The notes: generated by a model from the sequence alone, not told the origin. Numbered from the stretch's first letter, positions 29,337 to 44,893 are shown. The stretch: 64,000 nucleotides of DNA from Eledone cirrhosa (GCA_964016885.1 OZ024754.1:35712001-35776000); one strand, 5' to 3'. Made by a program: numbers and translations.

Positions 29337-29563
29337 AAGGTCCGAGCCTAGTACTAGACAGGTACTTTGTTACTTGGTCTCAGCATAAGCGAAGGGAAGC
29401 AATCGACGGCCGTTTCTCGCTCGCTAGCGGTTGTCAAGGTTACATATCCCTTTCGCTTCTGCCGAGAGTTGGATAAGTAAATGACGTAGTCGCTACTTTA
29501 AAATTCATAGCGAATGGTCTTCAAAATATTTTAAAACAAACATACAGTATATTATCAAATGTG

Positions 29564-29610
<47 letters not shown>

Positions 29611-29706
29611 CAAACGTGAAAGAAAGAAAACAAAGAGAGAGACAGACAGATAGAATGAGAGGGAGAGAGACAGACTGAGAAAGAGAGAGGGGGAGAGAGA
29701 GAGAGA

Positions 29707-29766
<60 letters not shown>

Positions 29767-30129
29767 AAGGACCGATCCCAGTACTAGACAGGTGCTTTTT
29801 TAACGACTTCGAAAGAATGAAATGTAGAGTTGACTTTGGCGGAATTTGAACTCAGAGTTCAGAGAGCTGGAATGAAAACCGCAAAATATTCTAGCAGAGG
29901 TTCTAATGACTGTCATTTCGCCGTCTCAGTAGTGATTACGTTAAGGGAATTGCGTTAAGTGCACACGTGTCTGTGGAATATTGAACCACGTTCAAACAAC
30001 AGTCAGAACATTATAAATGAAACGAGTTCATTCACGAGTCGAATGTTCAAATGTTCAGACCCATAGGTGCAGGCTAAGAAGGGCATAGGAACTGCCCTTC
30101 CCTCTTGATCTAAACAGTAAAAGTAATTA

Positions 30130-30250
30130 CCGTATTTCCCGGCGCCGAAGACGTTTCATCCTCGAGGAAGTACCCTAAATTTGACGCATCGTAGATTTTT
30201 TAGACTTATTTTAAGAAAAAACGTAGCGACTTCGACCCCGGGAAATACGG
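30130..30250. mobile_element. MITE with CCGTATTTCCCGG terminal inverted repeats and TA flanks (Tc2/pogo-like)
   Basis: ta|ccgtatttcccgg...ccgggaaatacgg|ta; related copies 46393-46568 and 48736-48870. Confidence 0.75.
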
Positions 30251-30326
30251 TACCTTGCATAGACACAAGGTGACACAATTTGAGGAATTAACATAGTTAA
30301 TAATATCGACTCCGGTTCTTAAGTTA

Positions 30327-30545
30327 AGGAACGATTGACTTTCATTAAATCGGACCGAGGAAACAATGTTTCTATTGGTCTTTCCAATTACTAATACTAT
30401 CTATCGGTCGCAACTCCAGGTAGAAGGAGCAACGTGAAATAAAGTATCTTGCTCAAGGACATAACGCATCGCCTGGTCCGGGAATCGAACTCACAACCTC
30501 ATGATTGCGAATCGAATTCTCTAACAACTCAGCCACACGCCTTCA
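30327..30545 (-). mobile_element. tRNA-derived CORE-like SINE with head
   Basis: Reverse strand: A box tggctgagttg, B box gttcgattcc, CORE-like gtccttgagcaagatactttatttcacg. Confidence 0.8.
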
Positions 30546-30789
30546 CTCCAGTACTTAACTGTTATTAAATACTTTAGCGTCCCTGGAAGAATGAAAAGAA
30601 AAAAGAAATTGACCTCGGTGGTACTTAACTGTTATTAAATACTTTAGCGTCCCTAGAAGAAAAAATTGACCTCGGTGGTTTTAAACTCAAACTGTAACGG
30701 ACCGTAAATGAATATTGCTCGGTATTTTGTCAGAAACTCTGCCGATTCTGTTGCTTGAATCAACCTGTCATTCTACCTTTCTCGAAATT

Positions 30790-31000
30790 AATTGTTTCTT
30801 ATATAGGCACAAGGCCAGCAATTGTGGGGGAGGGGAAAGTCGATTAAGTCGACCCCAGTACGTGACTGGTACTTTATTTTATCGACCCCGTAAGGATGAA
30901 AGGCAAAGTTAACCTCGGCGGGATTTGAACTCAGACCGTAACAGGGGCGTAACTCAATGCTGCAAAGCATGGTGTTCGACACTCTACCGATTCTGTTGCT
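30790..31000 (-). mobile_element. MetaSINE-like, long-tail subfamily
   Basis: Homologous to 3570-3787. Confidence 0.8.
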
Positions 31001-31085
31001 TGCAGCAACCTCTGTCATTCTACTTTTCTCGAAATTTATTCATTGGTAATAACGATTGTAAGAAACAAATAAACAAATAAATGAA

Positions 31086-31120
<35 letters not shown>

Positions 31121-31389
31121 ATATATATATATATATATATATAAATAAGAATACAAATAAATAAATGAAAAAATAAATGAATAAATAAATAAGCCAAGTA
31201 AAATGCTGCAAGATTTCTGTTCAACCTGTGCAGCATTCCTTAGTACTTATTATCAGAATGTTAAATGGTTGATAAAGACAATCTCCTCCACCCCTCTCTC
31301 TCTTTCTCTTTCTCTCTCTCTCCCCTTCTCTCTCCCTCTCTCTCATATATATATATATATAATATGTTTAGGTAAAATAACTTGACTAT

Positions 31390-31520
31390 GTCCCTTTACG
31401 ATCTGAGTTCAAATCCCGCCGAGGTTGACTTTGCCTTTCATCCTTACGGGGTCGATAAAATAAAGTACCAGTAATGCACTGGTCAATTGCTGGCCTTGTG
31501 CCTAAAGTAGAAACAATTAT
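31390..31520 (+). mobile_element. MetaSINE-like fragment inside one arm of a palindrome
   Basis: Same core as other copies. Confidence 0.8.
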
Positions 31521-31564
31521 TTTCATTGTTAAATTAATATCTAATATATATATATATATATATA

Positions 31565-31654
<90 letters not shown>

Positions 31655-31713
31655 ATTAGATATTAATTTAACAATGAAAATAATAACAACAAAAAGTCAA
31701 GTTATTTTACCTA

Positions 31714-31759
<46 letters not shown>

Positions 31760-32180
31760 GGAAGAGAGAGAGAAGAGAGAGAGAGAGAGAGTGAAAGAGA
31801 AAGCTACCCTGTAAGAGTTGAAAGTAATGCACTTTTTCGCACTTTACGCCCTTTATCGAATAACATTATTCAATGGACCCTGCACAAATACACCACAGAG
31901 GAATCGAACAGCTGAAAGGAAGTTGAATTTCCAAAGCCAGACAGCTTCACTATCAGACTATCAGTGAAGTGGCTGAATGGACAGAACCATCTGGATGATA
32001 TCAAATCAGTTTTGAAGTGGGTGATAAGAATGAAGTGTGAAAACACAATACAGACTTCATTGGCGATAAGAATGCCTCTTATATAACGATAAACACATAA
32101 TGTTGAACAGAGTATCTACTAGGATTTTCATCACATCAGATAGATATATACATATATGTACATATACATATATATATATA

Positions 32181-32273
<93 letters not shown>

Positions 32274-32276
32274 GCA

Positions 32277-32342
<66 letters not shown>

Positions 32343-32388
32343 TATACAATATATTAATAAATGGAAACTATATTTATAAAACCATATT

Positions 32389-32454
32389 TATTTTATTATA
32401 TATATTTCAAGGGCAACCAAGGCAAATTATGGTGCGCTTTCATCAGATAAAATA
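32389..32454 (-). ncRNA. Minimal hammerhead motif in the PLE pLTR
   Basis: UAUUUUAU-CUGAUGA-aagcgcacc..gguugcccuu-GAAA-UAUAUA-UA-AUAAAAUA. Confidence 0.7.
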
Positions 32455-33329
32455 CAGATTTGTTTCATAAATAAATATTGACATACCCGGAAAAAAGACA
32501 ACCTTAACGGTTGGAGCTTCCTGGATAGTGGAGATAGTACATTTATTGAGGGTAATACAAAGTTATGAGTGGGTATGCAAATGAGTGTCCGAAAGGTTGA
32601 AAAGATAACGGTTTATTTAAATTAAACTGTTGGAAGAAGATGATATGAAAGGGAGAAAGAAAAAAAGAAAAAAAGAAAAAAGAAAGGAGAAAGATAGAAG
32701 AGGAAAGAAAGAACGATTATACATATTGATAGTGAAGATAGAGTGAATGACGAAATAAGTTTCAAAGGAGAAATATACACAGCGTAAATATATCTAAGTG
32801 AAAGAAGAAATAAAATTAACGTGGAAGAATAATATTTATAATGCAGGGTTCATTACGTTTTGATTACAATACTTATAATGATAGGTTGAAAAATTAGATT
32901 AAAATTAAAAATTAGAAATCAAAATTAAAGATTAAAATTTGCCTTAATATTAAAGATTTAATTTAATAATTTAATATTAATAATTATATTATATTAAGAT
33001 GTATTAGTAATAATATATTGGTTTAAATGCGTATGTTAAGGATTATAAATTATTTAAATAAATATATAGTATTTTACATTAGAGAAAATCTAGTATAGTT
33101 TATTTTATTAAAAGTTGTAAGTCAAAATTTAAACATCCAAATAATTCTAAATTTATGAAAAATTTACCAGAGTTTACAAAGGAATAACCACTTAATTATA
33201 TTATAAAAACAGTAAGGAAGTGTAAAGGAAGTTAGAAGTGATTTTTTAAGATCTCAGATGACTCAAAGGATTAAATGTTATAAAGTTAAACAGTTAAAAA
33301 AATTTTATCTTAAGAATATAATTAAAACA

Positions 33330-33830
33330 AAGTAAAGAATAGTTAATATTCTTGGATTTTAAGTCCCATAATAAGTTAGATAGAGAAGTTGAAGATTTTT
33401 TACCAATATTCGTAAAGGAACATTTATGGTTATTAAAACGAGATTTGAAGTCTGTGGAAGTAGAGCCGACATAGTTAAAGGAGTTTTCATTTGTTTTGAC
33501 ATTACAATTGTATACTATATTTTTAAGTAAACAATTATTATTTAGAGGACAGTTAGATTTATTTCTACAATTACATTTATCTGAATTTATATTATTGGGA
33601 GCCGTAACATTATAGTGGATATTTCTAGGGGTATTAATGCTATTCTGGTTAGGTTTTAAGTTTCTATTATTAATTCTATTAATATTCTGCGCTAAATTCA
33701 TAGTGGTGGAATATGAGAGTTTAATAGTATGTCTATTAAAGATTGAGTAATACCTGTGTGTCTTAGGAAAGCACTTATCTAGAGCTTTAAAAAATAATTT
33801 AGCTATAGGAGTTTTAATACTTAATGAGAA
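33330..33830 (-). pseudogene. PLE ORF fragment: post-RT linker, Cys cluster and GIY-YIG endonuclease
   Basis: IKTPIAKLFFKALDKCFPK..IFNRHTIKLSYS...CNCRNKSNCPLNNNC..NIVYNC..YVGST..FKSRFNNH..LSNLLWDLK. Confidence 0.85.
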
Positions 33831-34451
33831 AGTATTATGTATGTATATAATATATATATATAGGTGCGTGTGTATATATATATGTACATATATATATATA
33901 CATATATATGTATATATATGTATATATCTATCTGATGTGATGAAAATCCTAGTAGATACTCTGTTCAACATTATGTGTTTATCGTTATATAAGAGGCATT
34001 ATTATCGCCAATGAAGTCTGTATTGTGTTTTCACACTTCATTTTTATCACCCACTTCAAAACTGATTTGATATCATCCAGATAGTTCTGTCCATTCAGCC
34101 ACTTCACTGATAGTCGGATAGTGAAGCTGTCTGGCTTTGGAAATTCAACTTCCTTTCAGCTGTTCGATTCCTCTGTGGTGTATTTGTGCAGGGTCCATGG
34201 AATAATGTTACTCGATAAAGGGTGTAAAGTGTGAAAAAGTGCATTACTTTCAACTCTTACAGGGTCGATAAAATAAAGTACCAGTAATGCACTGGGATAA
34301 TTGCTGGCCTTGTGCCAAAAGTAGAAACAATTATTAATAATTGCATTCTTTCTTTCTTTTGAATACGCACATGTGGGTACTTTTCTCCCCAATTTTTGAC
34401 AGGACCCGCTGGAAGAAGTGTTTTAGGACTCTGTCCTCCACAATCCTCTCA

Positions 34452-34510
34452 AGAAGAAGAAGAAGAAGAAGAAGAAGAAGAAGAAGAAGAAGAAGAAGAA
34501 GAAGAAGAAG

Positions 34511-34540
<30 letters not shown>
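34452..34540. repeat. (AAG)n microsatellite
   Basis: Seen directly. Confidence 0.95.
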
Positions 34541-34541
<1 letters not shown>

Positions 34542-35055
34542 CTACTGGGCTCGGGAAAAAAAACGAGCTGTACCTGTATTTCAAAAGGCCAGTCTTGTCA
34601 CACCCCATCAGGCTCGATGACCCTGAAAACAACTTTATGGCAAGCCTTCCGGTGTTAAGAGGCTTTCCGGGCTTAAGTCCCTCCAATAATGTGGAAACTT
34701 GTTGAATGATCTTAAATTTCGTTAGTTAAAACTCTGTGGACTCTAAATATGTTAGTATGATTATGTCTTTAATTGATTTCATAGTCTCGTATTGATGATA
34801 AAAAAAAGCGTGAGCTAATAATAATGGTTTCTGATTTAGGCACAAGGCCAGCAATTTTAGAGGAAGGGTAAGTTGAGTAAATCAACCCTAGTGTGTTACT
34901 GGTACTTTAGCATGAAGACATCATATTTTATAATATAGATGGCCGATTGAATATGCACATTTGGGTTCTTTTCTCCCCAATTTTTTGTTTCATTTTCCCA
35001 CGTTCCTTCCACTTATCACTATTTGCTCTCTATTTATCTTCTATTTCTGCCTCTA

Positions 35056-35092
35056 TTTTCTGATGAAGGACTAGTATCCGAAACGTTAACCT
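35056..35092 (+). ncRNA. Minimal hammerhead motif, family J (degenerate copy near 42183-42215)
   Basis: CUGAUGA-A-GGA-CUAGUA-UCC-GAAACGUUA; downstream ttccatatactgtaccgattgtgttg tail shared with 42255-42303; stem I weak. Confidence 0.6.
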
Positions 35093-35149
35093 AATGTATT
35101 TCTTCCATATACTGTACCGATTGTGTTGTTATTTCTGTTTACCTTTTAC

Positions 35150-35234
<85 letters not shown>

Positions 35235-35414
35235 CGGGTTATAGCTACTGTCGCTCAGAGAGTGGGATTGGCTCAGTGCACAGTCTTTCCTCACTTTAAA
35301 AAATATCTTCACGCACAGGCATTGCACGACAGAATTAATTAATAATTATTAATAATGGTATATCGTGCAATGGCCATACTCGATAACGAGGCGGCAGCCA
35401 TCATTATCATATAC

Positions 35415-35774
<360 letters not shown>

Positions 35775-35885
35775 TATGTGTGTGTTTGTGTGTGGGTGTG
35801 TGTAAATATATATATATAGTTCAAAAACGACAAACAAACAGACGCAGGAATTCATGTTACATAGTATTATTAGCTTCACGCTTGG

Positions 35886-37328
<1,443 letters not shown>

Positions 37329-37450
37329 CTACAAACGGATAAGGCATAGTGTCAAATACATACAATACTCTATTTACATTCACCTTACATATTAAGTCAC
37401 CGACGCTCATCTATTTCGCTATCCAATCCATCTAGCTAACTATATATCTA

Positions 37451-37545
<95 letters not shown>

Positions 37546-37635
37546 ATAATGGAACATTTGAACAGGAACAAAACAGAGAGGCAGTACAACGAATGTTGAT
37601 TAATTTCACGCTCTTGAGAGTGGGGTGGTGGTGGG

Positions 37636-37672
37636 GAACGACGTTTCGGGCATAAGCCCTTCTTCAGGTGAA
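37636..37672 (-). ncRNA. Minimal hammerhead motif, family K (tail fragments also at 19228-19310 and 62374-62462)
   Basis: CUGAAGA-A-GGGC-UUAU-GCCC-GAAAC-GUC; stem I weak. Confidence 0.65.
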
Positions 37673-37720
37673 AAGTGTGTGGGAAGAGAGTTCAAAGGGT
37701 GTGTAGGGGAGTGGTGGAGA

Positions 37721-37762
<42 letters not shown>

Positions 37763-37766
<4 letters not shown>

Positions 37767-37970
37767 AACGAGTAGGACCCCGACGGCTGAGCTCAAGCCG
37801 TTTCGACGGGTAATTTTTTTTTTTTTTTTTAGTCCAGAACTAGCCGTCGAAACGGCTTGAGCTCAGCCGTCGGGATCCTACTCGTTCCTATTACCCACTC
37901 TACTACCCTAAGTATTGACTACTTTGGTGCGTTATGGTCCACCTGGTTCCTTACCACATTTCCATCGTTA
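37763..37970 (+). mobile_element. Family A fold-back element
   Basis: Inverted arms around a poly-T spacer plus tail. Confidence 0.8.
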
Positions 37971-37996
37971 TATATATATATATATATATATATATG

Positions 37997-38259
37997 TAGG
38001 AGGTGAGTTTTATTGTAGTACAATAAAGCAATGCAGATATCGGATAAGAAGCACTCTACAGTTTGTAGGACTGGAGTATACATAATATATAAGAACAAAA
38101 TGTTGATTTAAAACTGCACTATCCACAAGTGTTTTTTAACCTTCATATCATGTCTTCCTATTTTATCTGATGAAAACACAAATATTATTGCATGATGATA
38201 TTTGTTTTTGAAATGCGCATAATAAAATACATGGAACTCTTTTAACCATCTTTTGTTCT

Positions 38260-38262
<3 letters not shown>
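37997..38262. mobile_element. Family B element with hammerhead motif at 38159-38229 (+)
   Basis: UAUUUUAU-CUGAUGA...GAAA-UGCGCA-UA-AUAAAAUA. Confidence 0.75.
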
Positions 38263-38338
<76 letters not shown>

Positions 38339-38354
38339 TATATATATAATATTC

Positions 38355-38555
38355 AATCATATTTTATTTGTTTGACCCGAATTACTTGGTCGTTTCTATG
38401 GCTGTGCGGATAATGGTTTAACCATCGTCTCAGTGTGTTTGGCCTTTTAACTTATGTTGTAGCTCTAGTTCACTAGCTTCTATGGAACGCTTGCCACACA
38501 TCTCGGAAGTTGTTTTTCGCTAATTTCCAATAGCCGAAATACGATTCTCGCTAAT
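38355..38555. mobile_element. Unclassified dispersed repeat beside (TA)n (second copy 53222-53430)
   Basis: Shared tttgtttgacccg.attacttg.tcgttt...tttaaccatcgtctcagtgtgtttgg. Confidence 0.6.
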
Positions 38556-38579
38556 ATATATTTATATATATATATATAT

Positions 38580-38830
38580 AACGAAGGAAATGCGGTAAGG
38601 AACAAGGTGGACCATAACGCACAAAAGTACTCAGTACTTAGGGTAGTAGAGTGGGTAATAGGAACGAGTAGGACCCGACGGCTGAGCTCAAGCCGTTTCG
38701 ACGGCTAATTCTGGACTAAAAAAAATAAATAAATAAATTTAAAAAAAAATTAAAATTAAAAAAATTTTTTTAGTCCAGAATTAGCCGTCGAAACGGCTTG
38801 AGCTCAGCCATCGGGGTCCTACTCGTTCCT
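38580..38830 (-). mobile_element. Family A fold-back element
   Basis: Inverted arms around an A/T-rich spacer. Confidence 0.8.
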
Positions 38831-38848
38831 ATATATATATATATATAT

Positions 38849-39192
38849 CTTAGTCTTAGATTCTTCCGCGCCGTTCAGCGCATCGAGCAGTAAGTACTCG
38901 CCAAAAGTCACGATCAGCGGCAACTTTCGAGATCATGCCAGGTGATGCTGGCTGCCATCAGACCCTTCCGGAACGTTCGTCGCCAGGTGATTCTTGGGCA
39001 ACCCCGCCTCCGTTTACCGCCAGGCGGAGTCCAGTTCATCGCTGTTTTCGAATGCCGTTCATTTGGCAGACGCAGAATATGGCGGCCAGCCAGACGGCAC
39101 CGACGCTCCGTGACCCCTCTCTGGGACAGCAGAGTGGAATAGTAAGTTTTCAGGTATATATCCAGCATCTAGTGATTTACTCCCCAGATTAG
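38849..39192 (-). mobile_element. Second RTE-clade LINE family, 3' fragment
   Basis: HILRLPNERHSKTAMNWTPPGGKRRRGCPRITWRRTF; (CTAAGA)-like tail. Confidence 0.8.
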
Positions 39193-39347
39193 CAAGATGA
39201 GATGCAAGTTGGTGTCGACATACCTTCAGGACTCAAGCAGGGAACCATTTAAAATTGATTTTAAAAAGCATAAAATTCATTGACCTTCAACATCAGTTTT
39301 AAGTTGCCTTAACCATGAACTTTCTCTCTCTCTCTGTCTGTCTCACA

Positions 39348-39414
<67 letters not shown>

Positions 39415-39456
39415 CTGTTTCTCTCTCTTCGTCTCACTTTCTCTCTCTCTCGCATA

Positions 39457-39487
<31 letters not shown>

Positions 39488-39578
39488 CTCGTTCTTTGTT
39501 TCTGTCACTCTTTCTCTCCTTCTTTCACACACACACACATATATATATACACAGACACACACAGACACAGCGAGAGAG

Positions 39579-39624
<46 letters not shown>

Positions 39625-40071
39625 GTGGTAGTGATATTACCAGCAAAATAAAAAAAAATAGTAATAAGTAACTAAATAACTAAAGTAAAACCTATGGAAA
39701 TAGGTTGAGTGTTGCAACAAACTTGGAGTAACCAGTCGTTCGACATTACACTTACTCAGACATATAGATCACGTGACAGCCACAAAGACATCAATGTCGG
39801 CCATTGCTATCTCCTGTCCCAGCAGACAGCCACATAACAGCGCAACAAATGTCACCTCCATATTATATATATATATATATATATATATGTGTATATATAT
39901 ATATGTGTGTATATATGTATATATATATATGTATATATATATATGTATATATATGTATATATATATATATATGAATATATATATATATATATGTATATAT
40001 ATGTATATATATATATGTATATATGTATATATATATATATTTAAATATATATATATATATATATATATATT

Positions 40072-40240
<169 letters not shown>

Positions 40241-40265
40241 GTATATATGTATATATATATATATT

Positions 40266-40331
<66 letters not shown>

Positions 40332-40575
40332 TATACATATATATATATATATGTGTGTGTGTCTGTGTGTGTGTGTGTGTGTGTGAGTGTGTGCGTCTGT
40401 GTGTAGGTGGCGCCCCAATCTGGCCGCAATCTAATAACTAAAACAAATAAAAAATAAAAGAAAATATATATATATGCATACAAACACACACACACTCACA
40501 TACACACACACATATATATATACATACATACATACATACATACATACATACATACATACACACATATATATATAT

Positions 40576-40652
<77 letters not shown>

Positions 40653-40680
40653 TATATACATATATATATATATATTTATA

Positions 40681-40732
<52 letters not shown>

Positions 40733-40832
40733 GATACATACATATATATATATACATACATATATATATATATATATATACATACGCATACCTAATACCA
40801 ACACTGTTCTTTTTTTGTTTTTTACTTTGCCA

Positions 40833-40932
<100 letters not shown>

Positions 40933-41221
40933 ATATATATATACACATACATACGCACATTAGCCAGCATAAATCGAAGTGAACTCTGGAGTTGACGCCA
41001 CTCCCATCCTATTGAAAACCAATGGTTGCTTGATTCAAGATGTCAGCCGTCAGACAATTAATAGAGTTATAGGATATAAAAGTACACTTTGTTTTATGAT
41101 GTTTATTTGTGTGTAGGGGAGCGGTGGTTGTTACTTGATATATATTTGGTTTATTTATTTATTACTGTTTTGTAAGAACTCAGTTTACATCCGTCAATTT
41201 AACCCCGCCACACAATCAACC

Positions 41222-41897
41222 ATCTAACCATCCAACGTAGCCCTGTTTAACCAACCAGCTTAGAGCTGTCTAACCATCGAACATAGCCCTGTCTAACCAT
41301 CCAACATAGAGCTGTCTAACCATCGAACATAGCCCTGTTTAACCATCCAACTTAGAGCTGTCTAACCATCGAACATAGCCCTGTCTAACCATCCAACATA
41401 GAGCTGTCTAACCATCCAACGTAGCCCTGTTTAACCAACCAACTTAGAGCTGTCTAACCATCGAACATAGCCCTGTCTAACCATCCAACATAGAGCTGTC
41501 TAACCATCGAACATAGTCCTGTCTAACCATCCAACATAGAGCTGTCTAACCATCGAACATAGCCCTGTTTAACCATCCAACTTAGAGCTGTCTAACCATC
41601 GAACATAGCCCTGTCTAACCATCCAACATAGAGCTGTCTAACCATCGAACATAGTCCTGTCTAACCATCCAACATAGAGCTGTCTAACCATCGAACATAG
41701 CCCTGTCTAACCATCCAACATAGAGCTGTCTAACCATCGAACATAGCCCTGTTTAACCATCCAACTTAGAGCTGTCTAACCATCGAACATAGCCCTGTCT
41801 AACCATCCAACATAGAGCTGTCTAACCATCGAACATAGCCCTGTTTAACCATCCAACTTAGAGCTGTCTAACCATCGAACATAGCCCTGTTTAACCA
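41222..41897. repeat. 23-bp minisatellite, about 29 units in alternating A/B (46-bp) order
   Basis: ctgtctaaccatcgaacatagcc / ctgt(c/t)taaccatccaac(a/t)tagag. Confidence 0.92.
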
Positions 41898-41936
41898 GTT
41901 TTGTTATTAGTTAAACAGGGCTATGTTTTCTCTCTC

Positions 41937-42033
<97 letters not shown>

Positions 42034-42317
42034 GTGAACTTTCAGTAACTTCATGTTACACTCCCTGGATATATGTTTTCCAAGAGATGTTAACATGAAA
42101 GGACCTGTTATTTTTATCTAAAGACATTTTTCCAATTCCAGCCCGCCTGTCCCTTCAATCTATCTTATTTCTCATTCTTTCTTTTGATGAATGACTAGCG
42201 TCCGAAACGTTAAGACCCCCTTCCTGCTATTTCAAGCGTTAATCTAATATATTACTTCCATATACTGTACCGATTGTGTTGTTATTTCTGTTTACCTTTT
42301 ACATACATACATACAGC

Positions 42318-42427
<110 letters not shown>

Positions 42428-42645
42428 ACATACATATTTATCCCAATAACTTAATTTAGTTATTGTATTGCCCTAGCCGGAGGTATATGGTCTGTAATGC
42501 GAAGAAATACCTATGATGGCTGGTAGACCACTGATGATGGATAATCCTGGCTTCTATTTCTAATTCTTTATTATATATATATCATATTTGCAACAACACA
42601 GCTCGCCATTTTTCATTTATATACACACACATACACACACGCGCA

Positions 42646-43089
<444 letters not shown>

Positions 43090-43357
43090 ACACACACACA
43101 CACTTCTTAGACATGTGAAGACGTGTAGCTTAGTGGTTAGGGAGCTGGGCACGTCACTTACACATTATTTTTTACAAACAGTTCGTGGATCAATGAGTTT
43201 TCGTCGAAAATGACGGCCCGGTGGCCCGGGACTCAGGTTCATTAACCTTTAGTATATTTACATGACCATAAGTTTGGAATGTCGTTCAGTGACGACTGAC
43301 GTTTGTCCGAAACGTTCGTATATTTTGACAGTTAAAATCTCTGTAATATTTTATTAA

Positions 43358-43460
43358 TCCCGCCGAGGTTGACTTTGCCTTTCATCCTTACGGGGTCGAT
43401 AAAATAAAGTACCAGTAATGAACTGGGTAATTGCTGGCCTTGTGCCTAAAGTAGACACAA
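43358..43460 (+). mobile_element. MetaSINE-like fragment
   Basis: Same core. Confidence 0.8.
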
Positions 43461-43642
43461 ATATTTTATTATCATTTCTGATGACAAAACCTTCAACAAC
43501 TTCCTCCCAATCCTATTCAATGTCTTTAGTTTGTCTTTGTAATTAATTGTAAGGACAAGGAAACAATTCTCACATATTCTTAGCCAGGCAATATTGGTAG
43601 TGTCAGGACTGGTAATAAATATTACATCTCATGACATGTCAC

Positions 43643-44893
43643 TGGTGGTGGTGGTGGTGGTGGGGGTGGTGGTGGTTGTGGTGGTCGTGGTGGTGGTCGG
43701 AGTTGTCATGGTGGTCGTGGTGGTGATGGTGGTGGTGGGAGTTGTCATGGTGGTGGTGGTGGTGGTGGTGGTGGTGGTGGTGGGAGTTGTCATGGTGGTC
43801 GTGGTGGTGGTGGGAGTTGTCATGGTGGTCGTGGTGGTGGTGATGGTGGGAGTTGTCCTGGTGGTGGTGGTGGTGGTGGGAGTTGTCATGGTGGTCGTGG
43901 TGGTGGTGGGAGTTGTCATGGTGGTCGTGGTGGTGGTGGTGGTGGTGGGAGTTGTCCTGGTGGTGGTGGTGGTGGTGGTGGTGGTGGTGGTGGTGGTGGG
44001 AGTTGTCATGGTGGTCGTGGTGGTGGTGGGAGTTGTCATGGTGGTCGTGGTGGTGGTGGTGGTGGGAGTTGTCATGGTGGTCGTGGTGGTGGTGGTGGTG
44101 GGAGTTTCCTGGTGGTGGTGGTGGTGGAGTTGTCCTGGTGGTGGTGGTGGTGGTGGTGGTGGGAGTTGTCATGGTGGTCGTGGTGGTGGTGGGAGTTGTC
44201 CTGGTGGTGGTGGTGGTGGTGGGAGTTGTCCTGGTGGTGGTGGTGGGAGTTGTCATGGTGGTCGTGGTGGTGGTGGTGGTGGGAGTTGTCCTGGTGGTGG
44301 TGGTGGTGGTGGGAGTTGTCCTGGTGGTGGTGGTGGTGGGAGTTGTCCTGGTGGTGGTGGTGGTGGTGGTGGGAGTTGTCATGGTGGTGGTGGTGGTGGT
44401 GGTGGTGGTGGGAGTTGTCATGGTGGTCGTGGTGGTGGTGGTGGTGGGAGTTGTCCTGGTGGTGGTGGTGGTGGTGGTGGTGGTGGTGGGAGTTGTCATG
44501 GTGGTCGTGGTGGTGGTGGTGGTGGGAGTTGTCATGGTGGTCGTGGTGGTGGTAGTGGGAGTTGTCCTGGTGGTGGTGGTGGTGGTGGTCATGGTGGTCG
44601 TGGTGGTGATAGTGGTGGTGGTGGTGGTGGTGGTCATCGTCGTCGTCGTCGTCGTCGTGGTAGTGGTGGTCGTCGTCGTGGTGGTGGTAGTGGTGGTGGT
44701 GGTGGTGGTGGTGGTGGTGGTCAAGGTGGTGGTGGTGGTGGTAGTGGTAGTAGTGGTGGTGGTGGTGGTGATGGTGGTGGTGGTGGTTGTCATGGTGGTC
44801 ATGGTGGTGGTAGTGGTGGTGGTCGTCATGGTGGTGGTCGTGGTGGTGGTGGTGTTAGTGGTCATGGTGGTGGTGGTGTTAGTGGTGGTGGTG
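43643..44893. repeat. (GGT)n array punctuated by gggagttgtc(a/c)t
   Basis: Seen directly. Confidence 0.92.

Larger units (their letters stand above)
32345..33830 (-). mobile_element. 5'-truncated Penelope-like retroelement remnant (endonuclease fragment, AT-rich 3' region, pLTR)
   Basis: GIY-YIG fragment followed on the same strand by a hammerhead-bearing terminus; both ends in (TA)n. Confidence 0.85.
31807..34266. repeat. About 350-bp inverted repeat arms (31807-32155 / 33915-34266) enclosing a PLE remnant
   Basis: Arms are reverse complements with few mismatches; both yield the same ORF start [19 protein letters not shown] on opposite strands. Confidence 0.9.

Noticed and set aside
30470-30545. 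tRNA gene
   Set aside because: A and B boxes are present but continue into a SINE body; no complete cloverleaf.
34150-34222. Possible exon after ttcctttcag reading AVRFLCGVFVQG
   Set aside because: Too short, in-frame stop follows, and it lies in a duplicated inverted arm.
39769-39861. Signal-peptide-like [21 protein letters not shown] on the minus strand
   Set aside because: Only 30 codons, abuts (TA)n directly, no convincing splice donor.
41222-41897. CRISPR-like periodicity (also 1-128 and 16531-16938)
   Set aside because: No unique spacers, no cas genes, eukaryotic context.
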